Assembly: GCA_965215605.1 (NCBI GenBank) | Contig: OZ244070.1 | Location: forward strand, 3,616,001-3,680,000 | From: an uncultured Candidatus Binatia bacterium | GTDB taxonomy: Bacteria > Desulfobacterota > Binatia > UBA9968 > JAJDTQ01 | Reading direction: 5' to 3' | DNA length: 64,000 nucleotides | Program-made: the position numbers and the translations under genes | Part shown: piece by piece, positions 38,011-48,814 of the stretch | Layout: each line of letters begins with the position of its first letter | Numbering within the stretch: position 1 is the stretch's first letter | Notes under the pieces: model-generated | What the model saw: only the letters and a program-made list of their open reading frames with translations | What the model was told of the DNA's origin: nothing | The model's database searches: none

Positions 38011-38919
38011 ATGGCGCGACTGCATTATGACCCCATGGAGCAGGCTTTGTCCAGCGGCACGCGGGCGCCTGCGGCAAAGGGATCCGTAAGTCCGGGCAAG
38101 TCGAACGGCGCCCCATGGACCGGCACCGACACCCCGGCACCCTTGTCGGACGAGTTGCGGGCCGCGGAGGAAGCGGCCCGCGCGGCGGGCGACGTCATCG
38201 CGCGGCTCTACCGGGGAGAGTACCGGGTCCGGGAAAAATCCCGCGGCAACCCGGTCACCACGGCCGATCTCAAGGCCAACAAGGCCATCCGCGGAATCCT
38301 CGAGGCCCGATTTCCCGACGACGCCTGGCTCTCGGAGGAAGACGCCGACGGTCCCGGAAGGCTCCACCGGAGCCGCGTGTGGATCGTGGACCCGTTGGAC
38401 GGTACCCGGGAGTTCATCAAGGGAGTGCCGGAGTTCTGCGTCTCCATCGGGCTTGCGGTGAACGGGTCGCCGGTGCTGGGGGTCATCTATCACCCGCTTC
38501 GGACGGAGTTGTTCGAGGCGGTCAGGGGGGGCGGCGCCCGGCTGAACGGCAAGCCTCTGCAGGTCAGCCGTCCCCCGGACGACGAGCCTCCGCGTCTTCT
38601 CATCAGCCGCTCCGAGCCGCGCCGGCGCCTGGCGGAGCTGGCCCGGGAGTTCACGCTCGAACCCATGGGCAGCATCGCCTATCGTCTGGCATCGGTGGGG
38701 CGCGGGTATGCGGACGCGACCCTGACTTTCCGCCGGGTCAAGGAATGGGACGTATGCGCCGGCATCGTCATCGTCGAGGAGGCCGGCGGCCGCACCATGA
38801 CGGGCCCCGGAGAGCCGGCGATCTTCAACCAGCGGGAGCCCGTGCTCCAGCAGCTTCTGGCCGGAAGCGAAGCCTCCAACGCGAGGATTCAGGCTCTGCT
38901 GGCCCGGCTGCCGGACTGA
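38011..38919 (+). CDS. Inositol monophosphatase/CysQ family protein
   Basis: PVTTAD, LSEE, WIVDPLDGTREF, WDVCAG; start uncertain. Confidence 0.88.
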   Translation: MARLHYDPMEQALSSGTRAPAAKGSVSPGKSNGAPWTGTDTPAPLSDELRAAEEAARAAGDVIARLYRGEYRVREKSRGNPVTTADLKANKAIRGILEARFPDDAWLSEEDADGPGRLHRSRVWIVDPLDGTREFIKGVPEFCVSIGLAVNGSPVLGVIYHPLRTELFEAVRGGGARLNGKPLQVSRPPDDEPPRLLISRSEPRRRLAELAREFTLEPMGSIAYRLASVGRGYADATLTFRRVKEWDVCAGIVIVEEAGGRTMTGPGEPAIFNQREPVLQQLLAGSEASNARIQALLARLPD

Positions 38920-38934
38920 CGGCATCGGGACGGC

Positions 38935-39264
38935 ATGGCGGACTGCGCCTACTGCGGTGACCGGGCCGGCATCTGGGCCCGGACCTGCAAGGACTGCCGG
39001 CAACTGGAGGAGAAGGCTGCGGCCTACGGCGGTCAGGTGGGCTTCAGCGAACTGCTGGACCGGCTCGAAGAAACCGGGGTGCGCCCAGAGAAGATCATGC
39101 GGTTCCTGAAAGCCGATCCGGATGGCGGCGGCAGTGTGCGGGATCGTCTGACCGCGGACATGACCAACGAGTTGCTGAAGGTCATGGGAATCAACGAGCG
39201 GCAGTCCCCGGACGACGTGGAGCGCATCCGCAAGAGCGGCGAGAAGATCCCCAAGTCCGACTGA
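38935..39264 (+). CDS. Hypothetical protein with N-terminal CxxC...CxxC motif
   Basis: CAYC...CKDC; typical codon usage; operon-like spacing. Confidence 0.75.
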   Translation: MADCAYCGDRAGIWARTCKDCRQLEEKAAAYGGQVGFSELLDRLEETGVRPEKIMRFLKADPDGGGSVRDRLTADMTNELLKVMGINERQSPDDVERIRKSGEKIPKSD

Positions 39265-39286
39265 CCTCCGGTCGCGCGTCCACTTC

Positions 39287-39775
39287 ATGGAGCTGACCCT
39301 TTACGCATCGGCGCTGTTCCTGGTCGCGTACCTCGTGGCGTTGACGGTGCGCCGTCTGCGTTTCAGGCGGGATCGGGCGCGCATGATCGGGGAGGCGCGC
39401 TCCGGCGGCAAGGTCGTGGCCGGGGTGGATGAGATCCCGGCCGGAGCCGTGAAGAAGTTCTGGTTGATCTGCGGGAAGTACCGGATTGACTGTTTCGTGA
39501 TAAACCACCGCGGACAGTTTCGTGCCTACATCAACAGTTGCCGGCACATGGTGACGCCGCTGGACTTCGTGCGCTACCAGTTCTTCACCGAGGACGGCAA
39601 CCACCTGGTGTGCGCCACTCACGGTGCCCTCTACGAGCCCGACACGGGCCTGTGCGTGGACGGCCCGTGCGAGGGACTTTCGTTGCATGCGCTCCCCGTG
39701 GTTGTGGACCGTGCCGAGATCATTGTAGGCTGTCCGTCGGGAGACTTGTCCTTCCTGCGGGAGATGGCGGACTGA
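39287..39775 (+). CDS. Rieske [2Fe-2S] protein with N-terminal membrane anchor
   Basis: CRH...CATHG; hydrophobic N-terminus. Confidence 0.9.
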   Translation: MELTLYASALFLVAYLVALTVRRLRFRRDRARMIGEARSGGKVVAGVDEIPAGAVKKFWLICGKYRIDCFVINHRGQFRAYINSCRHMVTPLDFVRYQFFTEDGNHLVCATHGALYEPDTGLCVDGPCEGLSLHALPVVVDRAEIIVGCPSGDLSFLREMAD

Positions 39776-39776
39776 C

Positions 39777-40133
39777 ATGGCAAGACGTCCAACAGGCAAG
39801 CGGATCGGCCGCAGGGAGGATTTTCCCGACGGCACGAGCCGCAAATTCACGCTCCGATGCCGCGGCCAGAGCCTCGAAGGTTTCGTTTTCGGGTTCAACG
39901 GCGAGCTGTTCGCGTACCTGAACCGTTGCCGCCACATTCCCCTCCCCATGGATTGGCTGGACAACCAGTTCTTTTCGGTGGATGAGAAGTACGTGGTGTG
40001 CGCCAACCACGGCGCCCTCTACGAGCCTACCACCGGCGAGTGTGTTTGGGGCCCGTGCGCCGGGGCGTGGCTCAAGAGGGTGCCCCTCAAGGTGGAGGCG
40101 GGCACGGTGCGGGCGTTCTGTCCCGACGACTGA
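39777..40133 (+). CDS. Soluble Rieske [2Fe-2S] protein
   Basis: CRH...CANHG, GPC. Confidence 0.9.
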   Translation: MARRPTGKRIGRREDFPDGTSRKFTLRCRGQSLEGFVFGFNGELFAYLNRCRHIPLPMDWLDNQFFSVDEKYVVCANHGALYEPTTGECVWGPCAGAWLKRVPLKVEAGTVRAFCPDD

Positions 40134-40150
40134 GTAGAGGTGACCGGAAA

Positions 40151-40495
40151 GTGGCTGACTGTCTGTTCTGCGGCATCGCAAGCGGCGAGATCCCCGGTGA
40201 CATCGTCTACCGTGACGAATCGGTTCTGGCCTTCCGGGACATCGACCCCAAGGCGCCGGTGCATCTGTTGATCATTCCCGGGAAGCACATTACGGGCGTG
40301 GACAAGCTGGAGCCGGAGGACGAGGGGACCATGGGGCACGCCATGACGGTTGCGCGGCGGCTTGCCGCGGAGCACGGCGTTTCCGGGAGCGGGTTCCGCA
40401 TCGTCGTGAATACCGGGCTCGATGCGGCTCAGAGCGTCCACCACATACATCTGCACCTCCTGGGCGGCCGGACACTAGGCTGGCCGCCGGGGTGA
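40151..40495 (+). CDS. Histidine triad nucleotide-binding protein (HinT)
   Basis: DCLFC, AFRDIDPKAPVH, QSVHHIHLHLLGGR...WPPG. Confidence 0.93.
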   Translation: MADCLFCGIASGEIPGDIVYRDESVLAFRDIDPKAPVHLLIIPGKHITGVDKLEPEDEGTMGHAMTVARRLAAEHGVSGSGFRIVVNTGLDAAQSVHHIHLHLLGGRTLGWPPG

Positions 40496-40519
40496 GGGAA
40501 GGAAAGGACAAGCGAAGAC

Positions 40520-41080
40520 ATGATCAACGCGACACAGCTTCGGACGGGAATGATCATCATCTATGACGAGGCCCTCTACCGGGTCACCGCGGTCAAACAT
40601 CTCACTCCCGGAAAGGGCCATGGCTTCATGCAGACGAAGCTCAGGAACCTGCGGACCGGGGTGGGCACCGAGCACAAGTTCCGTTCCGACGACAGGGTCG
40701 ACCGGGCAACCCTGGAGAGCCGCGAGATGCAGTACCTCTTCGGCGAGGACGACCGTCACACGTTCATGGATACCGAGAGCTACGAGCAGACGGAGCTTTC
40801 GTCCGACGACGTGGGGGACATCCTGCCGTACCTCCTGCCCAACCAGATGGTGGTGGTGGAACTGTTCGACGGCAGTCCGGTGGGGGTGAGCCTGGCCTCC
40901 GCGGTGGAGTTGGAAGTGGTGGAGACCGAACCTTCCATGAAAGGCGCTACCGCCTCGGCCTCCTACAAACCGGCACGGCTGGAAACCGGCGTGACGGTCC
41001 AGGTGCCGCCGTTCATTCAGATCGGCGACCGGATTCGGGTGGATCCGTCTGAAGGAAAATATATCGAGCGGGCGAAGTAG
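40520..41080 (+). CDS. efp: Elongation factor P
   Basis: PGKG loop, KGATA...KPARLETG, VPPFI, YIERA. Confidence 0.97.
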   Translation: MINATQLRTGMIIIYDEALYRVTAVKHLTPGKGHGFMQTKLRNLRTGVGTEHKFRSDDRVDRATLESREMQYLFGEDDRHTFMDTESYEQTELSSDDVGDILPYLLPNQMVVVELFDGSPVGVSLASAVELEVVETEPSMKGATASASYKPARLETGVTVQVPPFIQIGDRIRVDPSEGKYIERAK

Positions 41081-41666
41081 CCAGGACGGCTTCCCAGACG
41101 CGCGCCACGATGTTCTCGAGTTCCTCGAGGGAGCCGTCGTTGTCAATGACGAAGTCCGCGAGCCGGCGCTTCTCCGCCAGTGACATTTGCGCTTTCAGAT
41201 GCCGTTGGATATCGGAGCCGTCAAGCCCGTCCCGGCTGCGCAGCCGCTGCTCCTGGAGGTCGCGCCGGCACGCCACGAGCAGAACCGGACGAAGCCAGTG
41301 ATGGATCTTCGCTTCGAAGAGGAGCGGTGCGTCGTAGATGACGAAGTCGTGCTCGCGGGAGTGTTCGACGATGCGTTTCCGCGCCAGCGCGCGAATGCGG
41401 GGATGGGTGATGGCTTCCAGCCGTTTCCGCTTCGGCGGATCCTGGAAGATGACGCGGCGGAGGTAGGAACGGTCGAGGGTCCGGTCTTCCCTGACCGACT
41501 CCGGACCGAAGAGGTCGACGATCTCGCGCCAGGCGTCCCGGCCCGGCTCGACGATCTCCCGCGCCAGCCGGTCGGCGTCGACGATGGCGGCCCGGTCGCT
41601 CAGGATGGCCGATACCGTGCTCTTTCCCGTGGCGATGCCCCCGGTCAATCCAAGGACCCTGGCCAT
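41013..41666 (-). CDS. coaE: Dephospho-CoA kinase
   Basis: GLTGGIATGKSTV, DADRLAR, ITHPRI, DAPLLFE, ADFVIDNDG. Confidence 0.95.
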   Translation of the reverse strand: MARVLGLTGGIATGKSTVSAILSDRAAIVDADRLAREIVEPGRDAWREIVDLFGPESVREDRTLDRSYLRRVIFQDPPKRKRLEAITHPRIRALARKRIVEHSREHDFVIYDAPLLFEAKIHHWLRPVLLVACRRDLQEQRLRSRDGLDGSDIQRHLKAQMSLAEKRRLADFVIDNDGSLEELENIVARVWEAVLATSPARYIFLQTDPPESGRRSE

Positions 41667-41785
41667 GTCAAACCTCGAGGAAACAACCTGTCTGGGACGT
41701 CATGGCCTACTCTCGTAACAACTCCCGGGTGGCGCATCAACCGTGCCGCGGCCAGGACGGGGCGGAAACGGAGCGGACGGATATC

Positions 41786-42898
41786 ATGAAGGTGCCACTG
41801 CTGGACCTGAAGGCCCAGTACGAAAGCATCCGGGAAGAGGTCGAAGAGGCCGTGCTGAGGGTATGCGCCTCGCAGCGGTTCATCCTGGGGCCGGAGGTCG
41901 CCGAGTTGGAGCAGGAAATCGCCGCCTGCACCGGGACGCGTTTCGCCATCGGAGTATCGTCCGGCACCGACGCCTTGCTGGTGTCCTTGACGGCGCTGGA
42001 CATCGGCCCGGGCGATGAGGTGATCACCACCGCGTACTCGTTTTTCGCCACCGCCGGCGTCATCGCGCGGCTGGGTGCGCGGCCGGTTTTCGTGGACATC
42101 GAGCCGGATACATTCAACATGGATCCAGGGGCAGTGGCGGCGCGCATGACGCCGCACACCCGGGCCATCGTGCCCGTTCATCTCTTCGGCCGTTGCATGG
42201 AGCTCGACTCCATCCTGGATCTGGCCCGGGAGGCGGGGGTGGCGGTGGTGGAAGACGCGGCGCAGTCGTTCGGGGCCGCCGACAGCCGGGGCAGGGCGGC
42301 GGGCGGCATCGGGGCGGTGGGCTGCTTCTCCTTTTATCCCAGCAAGAATCTGGGAGCGTTCGGCGACGGCGGCATGGTGGTCACCGACGACGAGGAACTG
42401 GCCGGCCGCATCCGCATGCTCCGGGTCCATGGCGAAGCGCCCAAGTATCACCATCGGCTGGTGGGCGGAAACTTCCGGCTGGACAGCCTGCAGGCCGCGG
42501 TCCTGCGGGTCAAGCTCAGGTACGTCGCCGAGTGGACGGAAGCCCGGCGCGGAGCCGCGCAACGGTACCGGGAACTCCTTGCCGCGACGGCATCGGCGGA
42601 GCACCTCGTCCTTCCAACCGACTGTCCGGGTCACGCCTGCAACCAGTTCGTGATCCGCTCCCCGGAGCGGGACCGCCTCCGTGCCTACCTGGGAGACAGG
42701 GGCGTGGCTACGGAGGTCTACTACCCGTCGCCCCTGCACCTGCAGGAATGTTTCGGTTCCCTGAGCTACCGCGAAGGGGACTTCCCGCAGGCCGAGGCGG
42801 CGGCCCTTTCTTCGCTGGCCTTGCCCATCTACCCTGAGCTCACGTTGCTGCAACAGGAGTATGTTTGCGGGCAGATCCGCGGCTTCGGCGGAAGTTGA
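41786..42898 (+). CDS. DegT/DnrJ/EryC1/StrS PLP-dependent aminotransferase
   Basis: MKVPLLDL, SSGTDAL, EDAAQS, SFYPSKNLGAFGDGG. Confidence 0.94.
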   Translation: MKVPLLDLKAQYESIREEVEEAVLRVCASQRFILGPEVAELEQEIAACTGTRFAIGVSSGTDALLVSLTALDIGPGDEVITTAYSFFATAGVIARLGARPVFVDIEPDTFNMDPGAVAARMTPHTRAIVPVHLFGRCMELDSILDLAREAGVAVVEDAAQSFGAADSRGRAAGGIGAVGCFSFYPSKNLGAFGDGGMVVTDDEELAGRIRMLRVHGEAPKYHHRLVGGNFRLDSLQAAVLRVKLRYVAEWTEARRGAAQRYRELLAATASAEHLVLPTDCPGHACNQFVIRSPERDRLRAYLGDRGVATEVYYPSPLHLQECFGSLSYREGDFPQAEAAALSSLALPIYPELTLLQQEYVCGQIRGFGGS

Positions 42899-42964
42899 CC
42901 CGCGTGGGTTTCCGGCGTACCGCGGCCCGGGCATGAAATGAGTCCTTTGTGCTATAGTCCGGGC

Positions 42965-44770
42965 ATGGCGTACCGGAGCCTTGCCGAGCTTTTCCTGTCG
43001 CAGGCGGATGCGGAGCGCGACCGCGTCCTGTACCGTTTCTGGCGCGATGGCGGGTGGCGCGACCAGACCTGGACAGAGGCCGCGGAGGAGGTCGAGAGCC
43101 TCGCCTTGGGGCTGGTGGCCGCGGGAGTGAAGAAGGGCGACCGGGTTGCCCTTTGCGCGGCCAATCGCGTGGAGTGGTGCCTCCTGGACTGGGCGAACAT
43201 CTGCATCGGGGCGTTGACCGTTCCCCTCTACCCTTCGAGCACGCCGGCGCAGATCCAGTACGTCGTTCAGCACTCCGAGGCCGCGGTCCTGGTGGTGGAC
43301 TCCCAGGCCGCGCTGGAAAGGCTCGATCTCTCCACGCCGGCCTTGGCATCGGTGAAGACCACGGTGCTGCTCGATGCGGGGCTCGGCTCGGCGGAGCCCG
43401 GAACGGCGCCCGGCCCGGTTTCCCTGGAACGCTTGAAGGCCATGGGGCGGGAGCGCGGCCGGGAACATCCCGGGGCCTTCCGGGAGTCGGCCGAGTCGCT
43501 GGGACCCGAGGACGACCTCACCATCATCTACACCTCGGGCACCACGGGCGAGCCCAAGGGGGTCCTCACCACCCACGGCCATTACCTCTTCACCATTTCC
43601 GCCTCCCTCGCCGCCATGCCGGTCAGCCACAACGACGTGGCGCTGCAGTTCCTTCCCCTGGCCCACTCCTTCGGCCGGCTGGAGCACTTCGTGGCTGTGG
43701 CCCGAGGTTACCTGTGCGCGTTTGCACGTTCCATCGAAACCCTGTCGGCGGACTTGCAGGCGGTCCGGCCTACGCTGCTGTTCTCGGTGCCGCGCGTGTA
43801 TGAAAACGCCCACCGGCGCATCCTCAACCGGGTCGAGAGCAGCAGCCCCGTCAAGCAACGGCTCTTCCGATGGGCGGCGGCGGTGGGCAAGCGTTTCAAC
43901 GATGCCTCCAGGCGGGGCGAGCGCTGCGGTGCATGGCTGCGCGTTCGTCACGGGATGGCCGACCGTCTGGTGCTCTCCAAGGTCCGGCAGGGCATGGGCG
44001 GCCGGCTGCGGCTGGCCATCTCCGGCGGCGCGCCGCTGTCGGAACCCATCGCGGATTTCTTCCAGGCGCTGGGGGTCTGGATCGTGGAAGGGTACGGGCT
44101 CACGGAGACATCCACGGTGAGCCACGTGAACCGGCTGGATCGCTACCGGCTGGGCACGGTGGGACTCCCCCTGGACGGGGTGGAGTGCCGCATCGCCCAG
44201 GACGGCGAGATCCTGATCCGGGGCGCCAATGTCATGAAGGGGTACTTCAAGGATCCGGCCGCCACCCGGGAGGCCATCGTCGAGGATGGTTGGTTCCGCA
44301 CGGGCGACGTGGGGCGCATCGAGGACGGAGGCTTCCTGCGCATCACCGACCGCAAAAAGGATCTCATCGTGACCTCCGGCGGAAAGAACATCGCGCCGCA
44401 GATGATCGAGAATCACCTGCGGGAGGAGGCGTTGATCAGCCAGGCTATGGTATGGGGCGACCAGACCAGCCACCTGGTGGCGCTGATCACCCTCGACTCC
44501 GCCGAGGCGGCCCGCTGGGCGGAAAAGGAAGGCGTTGAGCTGGAGGGCGGCGAGGCGGCCGTGGATTCCCGGTTGTTCGCATACCTCAGACAACGAATCC
44601 GCGAGCGGAACAAGACACTGGCGCCGTTCGAAGCGGTCCGCGATTTTCGCGTGCTGCCGGCGGACTTCTCCACGGACACCGGCGAGTTGACACCCAGCAT
44701 GAAGCTGAAACGGCGGGTCGTGGTGGAGCGCTACGGGGACCTGCTTGACGAGATGCTGAAGCAGCGTTGA
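42965..44770 (+). CDS. Long-chain fatty acid--CoA ligase (AMP-binding)
   Basis: YTSGTTGEPKG, LPLAH, EGYGLTE, GWFRTGD, ITDRKKD, ELTPSMKLKR. Confidence 0.93.
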   Translation: MAYRSLAELFLSQADAERDRVLYRFWRDGGWRDQTWTEAAEEVESLALGLVAAGVKKGDRVALCAANRVEWCLLDWANICIGALTVPLYPSSTPAQIQYVVQHSEAAVLVVDSQAALERLDLSTPALASVKTTVLLDAGLGSAEPGTAPGPVSLERLKAMGRERGREHPGAFRESAESLGPEDDLTIIYTSGTTGEPKGVLTTHGHYLFTISASLAAMPVSHNDVALQFLPLAHSFGRLEHFVAVARGYLCAFARSIETLSADLQAVRPTLLFSVPRVYENAHRRILNRVESSSPVKQRLFRWAAAVGKRFNDASRRGERCGAWLRVRHGMADRLVLSKVRQGMGGRLRLAISGGAPLSEPIADFFQALGVWIVEGYGLTETSTVSHVNRLDRYRLGTVGLPLDGVECRIAQDGEILIRGANVMKGYFKDPAATREAIVEDGWFRTGDVGRIEDGGFLRITDRKKDLIVTSGGKNIAPQMIENHLREEALISQAMVWGDQTSHLVALITLDSAEAARWAEKEGVELEGGEAAVDSRLFAYLRQRIRERNKTLAPFEAVRDFRVLPADFSTDTGELTPSMKLKRRVVVERYGDLLDEMLKQR

Positions 44771-44781
44771 TCGGAGGAGGG

Positions 44782-44857
44782 TGGAGGCGGCGGGCGGATT
44801 CGAACCGCCGCATGGAGGTTTTGCAGACCTCTCCCTTAACCACTTGGGTACGCCGCC
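44782..44857 (-). tRNA. tRNA-Cys(GCA)
   Basis: GGCGGCG/CGCCGCC acceptor, GAGGT-CTGCAAA-ACCTC anticodon arm, TTCGAATCC, CCA. Confidence 0.95.
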
Positions 44858-44947
44858 CAACAGAATCCGAATTTTTAACACAGCCGGCGGGGCTTTTTCA
44901 AGGCGCGCCGAGCACGTTGAAATCACGCGAAAAATCAACTATTTTGA

Positions 44948-46420
<1,473 letters not shown>

Positions 46421-46436
46421 TCCCGCGCGGTTTCAC

Positions 46437-46925
46437 ATGTCCGTACAGCCCAGCGGCGAGTTGTACTTCCGCCGCATGACGGTCGCCGATCTGGATGACG
46501 TCATGGCCATCGAGACGGCGGCGTTCGCCAGTCCGTGGAGCCGGCAATTCTTCCTGGAGGAACTGCGGGCAGGCTGCGCCCGGTCGGTGTTGTGTCAACG
46601 GGACGGCGAGCCCGTCGGTTACGTCATCTACTGGGAGCTGACCGGGGAACTGGACATCCACAACGTCGCGGTCCATCCGAAGCATCGGCGACAGGGAGTC
46701 GCCCGGGCGATGCTCAACGACATCATCGAGAGTGCGGCCAACAGGGGCTTCCGGCGGCTGACCCTGGAGGTCAGAAGGTCCAACGATCCGGCCCAGACGC
46801 TCTACCGTTCGTTGGGATTCGTGGTCTGCGGGCTACGCAAGGGCTACTACTCCGACAACGGCGAGGACGCATGGGTCATGGAACGAAGGCTTCAGGCATC
46901 ACGCCCCGGCTTCGATAGAAATTAA
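46437..46925 (+). CDS. rimI: Ribosomal protein S18 N-acetyltransferase RimI
   Basis: FASPWS, NVAVHPKHRRQG, LEVRRSN, RKGYYSDNGEDA. Confidence 0.92.
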   Translation: MSVQPSGELYFRRMTVADLDDVMAIETAAFASPWSRQFFLEELRAGCARSVLCQRDGEPVGYVIYWELTGELDIHNVAVHPKHRRQGVARAMLNDIIESAANRGFRRLTLEVRRSNDPAQTLYRSLGFVVCGLRKGYYSDNGEDAWVMERRLQASRPGFDRN

Positions 46926-46991
46926 TTTGCTTTCTAGTTATAGAGTTATAACTAACTATAAAGTAATAGATATCTTTTCCATCCGCTTCCC

Positions 46992-47021
46992 TTGACGCCC
47001 TCTTCGCCGCCATTGTATATA
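46992..47021 (+). promoter_or_regulatory. Sigma70-like promoter of carD
   Basis: TTGACG-N18-TATATA, preceded by a very AT-rich tract. Confidence 0.55.
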
Positions 47022-47174
47022 AAGAGGAGCCATCGGTTGTGAAAGAGAGCGTCATTGAAGCGTCCATCTCTACTCCAGGCCCCCCCTTCCAGAAACACCT
47101 TCCTCCGGCGCAGCCGGTCGATCTCCTCTTGTCCCTCTTTCCGCACACGGGTTCTGACTTTCAAGGAGGACTGA

Positions 47175-47660
47175 ATGTTCAAGGTCGGAGAGAAGGTTGT
47201 CTATCCTGCGCATGGAGTCGGTGAGATCGAAGCGGTAAGAATACAGGTGATATCCGGGACCCAGAAGAAGTTCTACATGCTGCGTATTCTCGACACGGAC
47301 ATGAAGATCATGGTCCCGGTGGACAATGCTTTGGCAGTGGGTTTGAGAAAGATCATCGACAAGACAACCGTCACTCGTGTGTACCGGATACTGCGGGAAA
47401 AGAAGAAGGCGCCGGTGGACCAGCAGACGTGGAACCGCCGGTATCGGGAGTATACCGAGAAGATCAAGACCGGGTCCGTCATCGAGATCGCGGCGGTGCT
47501 GAGAGATCTGTTCCTGTTGAAGAGCGACAAGGAGCTGTCCTTTGGCGAGCGGAAAGTGCTGGATACGGCGAGGAATCTGCTGGTCAAGGAGCTTTCCATC
47601 GCGCGGTCGCACACCGAGGAAAAGATCATGGAAGAACTGAGCCACATCTTCACGCAATAG
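47175..47660 (+). CDS. carD: CarD/CdnL transcriptional regulator
   Basis: MFKVGEKVVYPAHGVG, WNRRYRE, LSFGERK; upstream of ispD. Confidence 0.95.
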   Translation: MFKVGEKVVYPAHGVGEIEAVRIQVISGTQKKFYMLRILDTDMKIMVPVDNALAVGLRKIIDKTTVTRVYRILREKKKAPVDQQTWNRRYREYTEKIKTGSVIEIAAVLRDLFLLKSDKELSFGERKVLDTARNLLVKELSIARSHTEEKIMEELSHIFTQ

Positions 47661-47681
47661 CGTCGTCGTCCGTATTCATTG

Positions 47682-47715
47682 AAAGAGCTGGGGGGTAGCC
47701 TTCAGCTCTTTTTTT
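47682..47715 (+). terminator. Intrinsic terminator after carD
   Basis: AAAGAGCTGGGGG-GTAG-CCTTCAGCTCTTT plus T tract. Confidence 0.8.
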
Positions 47716-47734
47716 GTCGCAGGGAGGATACTTC

Positions 47735-48424
47735 GTGCATGTCAATGCCGTCATCTTGGCCGCGGGGCGGGGGAGCCGGGTAGGGGGCGAGGCCCCGAAG
47801 GTGCTTCTGCCGGTGGCGGGTCGGCCGCTGATCCTCCACACCCTGGAGCGCTTCGGCAGGGCGGGGGAGGTCGGCAAGGCCGTGCTGGTGGTGCCGGCGG
47901 AGGAGGTGGAGGCCTATCGGAAGCTGCTGGAGACGTCGCCGCGCGCGGGCTTGACGATCGCCGTGTACCCGGGCGGAGCCCGCCGGCAGGACTCCGTACG
48001 CGCGGGCCTCGACGCACTCGACCCCGACTGCGAGGTGGTGGTGGTCCACGACGGCGCCCGGCCGTTCCCGGCGCCCGAACTCATCGACCGCTGTGTGGGC
48101 GAAGCCCGTCGGAATCATTCGGTGACGGCGGCGGTGCCGGCGCGCAACACCATCAAGACCGTACGGCAGGGGCAGGTCGAGGAGACCTTGCCCCGGAACC
48201 GGCTCTGGGAGATACAGACCCCCCAGGCGTTCCCGGTCCGGACACTGCGGGCCGCCTATGAGAAGGCGCAACGGGACGGGGTGGATGCAACCGATGACGC
48301 CATGCTGGTGGAGCGGCTCGGGACGCCGGTGTGGGTCGTGGAAGGGACCACCACGAACCTCAAGGTTACCTACCCGGAGGACCTTTTTTTCGCGGAAGCG
48401 CTTGTCGCTGAAGGGCTCGTATGA
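47735..48424 (+). CDS. ispD: 2-C-methyl-D-erythritol 4-phosphate cytidylyltransferase
   Basis: LAAGRGSR, RQDSV, VHDGARP, QTPQAF, TDDA, NLKVTYPED. Confidence 0.95.
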   Translation: MHVNAVILAAGRGSRVGGEAPKVLLPVAGRPLILHTLERFGRAGEVGKAVLVVPAEEVEAYRKLLETSPRAGLTIAVYPGGARRQDSVRAGLDALDPDCEVVVVHDGARPFPAPELIDRCVGEARRNHSVTAAVPARNTIKTVRQGQVEETLPRNRLWEIQTPQAFPVRTLRAAYEKAQRDGVDATDDAMLVERLGTPVWVVEGTTTNLKVTYPEDLFFAEALVAEGLV

Positions 48425-48448
48425 GGGTCCGGCGGGGTGGAGCGGCGA

Positions 48449-48526
48449 TGGCGTCCCCGACGGGATTTGAACCCGTGTTGCCGGCGTGAAAGGCCGGTGT
48501 CCTGGGCCAGGCTAGACGACGGGGAC
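48449..48526 (-). tRNA. tRNA-Glu(TTC)
   Basis: GTCCCCG/CGGGGAC acceptor, CCGGC-CTTTCAC-GCCGG anticodon arm, CCA. Confidence 0.95.
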
Positions 48527-48651
48527 GTTTTTCGAGCAACGGCAGGGGCCATCAAGGCCGGTGTCTAAAGTTAGCAGAAAACCGGTCTGTTGAAAACCGC
48601 CGGAACGGGCGATCCGGCGTCCGGACCCGCACGCGGCCTGTGCCGCAAGAT

Positions 48652-48814
48652 TAGTGTCCTGTCCCACGTAATTCTTTACGAAGATGCGCAGGATTTCTTG
48701 TTGTCGGCAAGGCGCGATGACGAGCAGTGGCCGCTACCACGCGAGGAAGAGCAACGCAGCCGACGACAAGAAGGACAAGCAGATTGGTAAAGAATTACGT
48801 GGGACAGGACACTA
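48652..48814. mobile_element. MITE-like element with perfect 28-bp terminal inverted repeats (including flanking TA)
   Basis: TAGTGTCCTGTCCCACGTAATTCTTTAC (48652-79) and its exact reverse complement (48787-814); internal 14-bp stem; no transposase. Confidence 0.85.
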
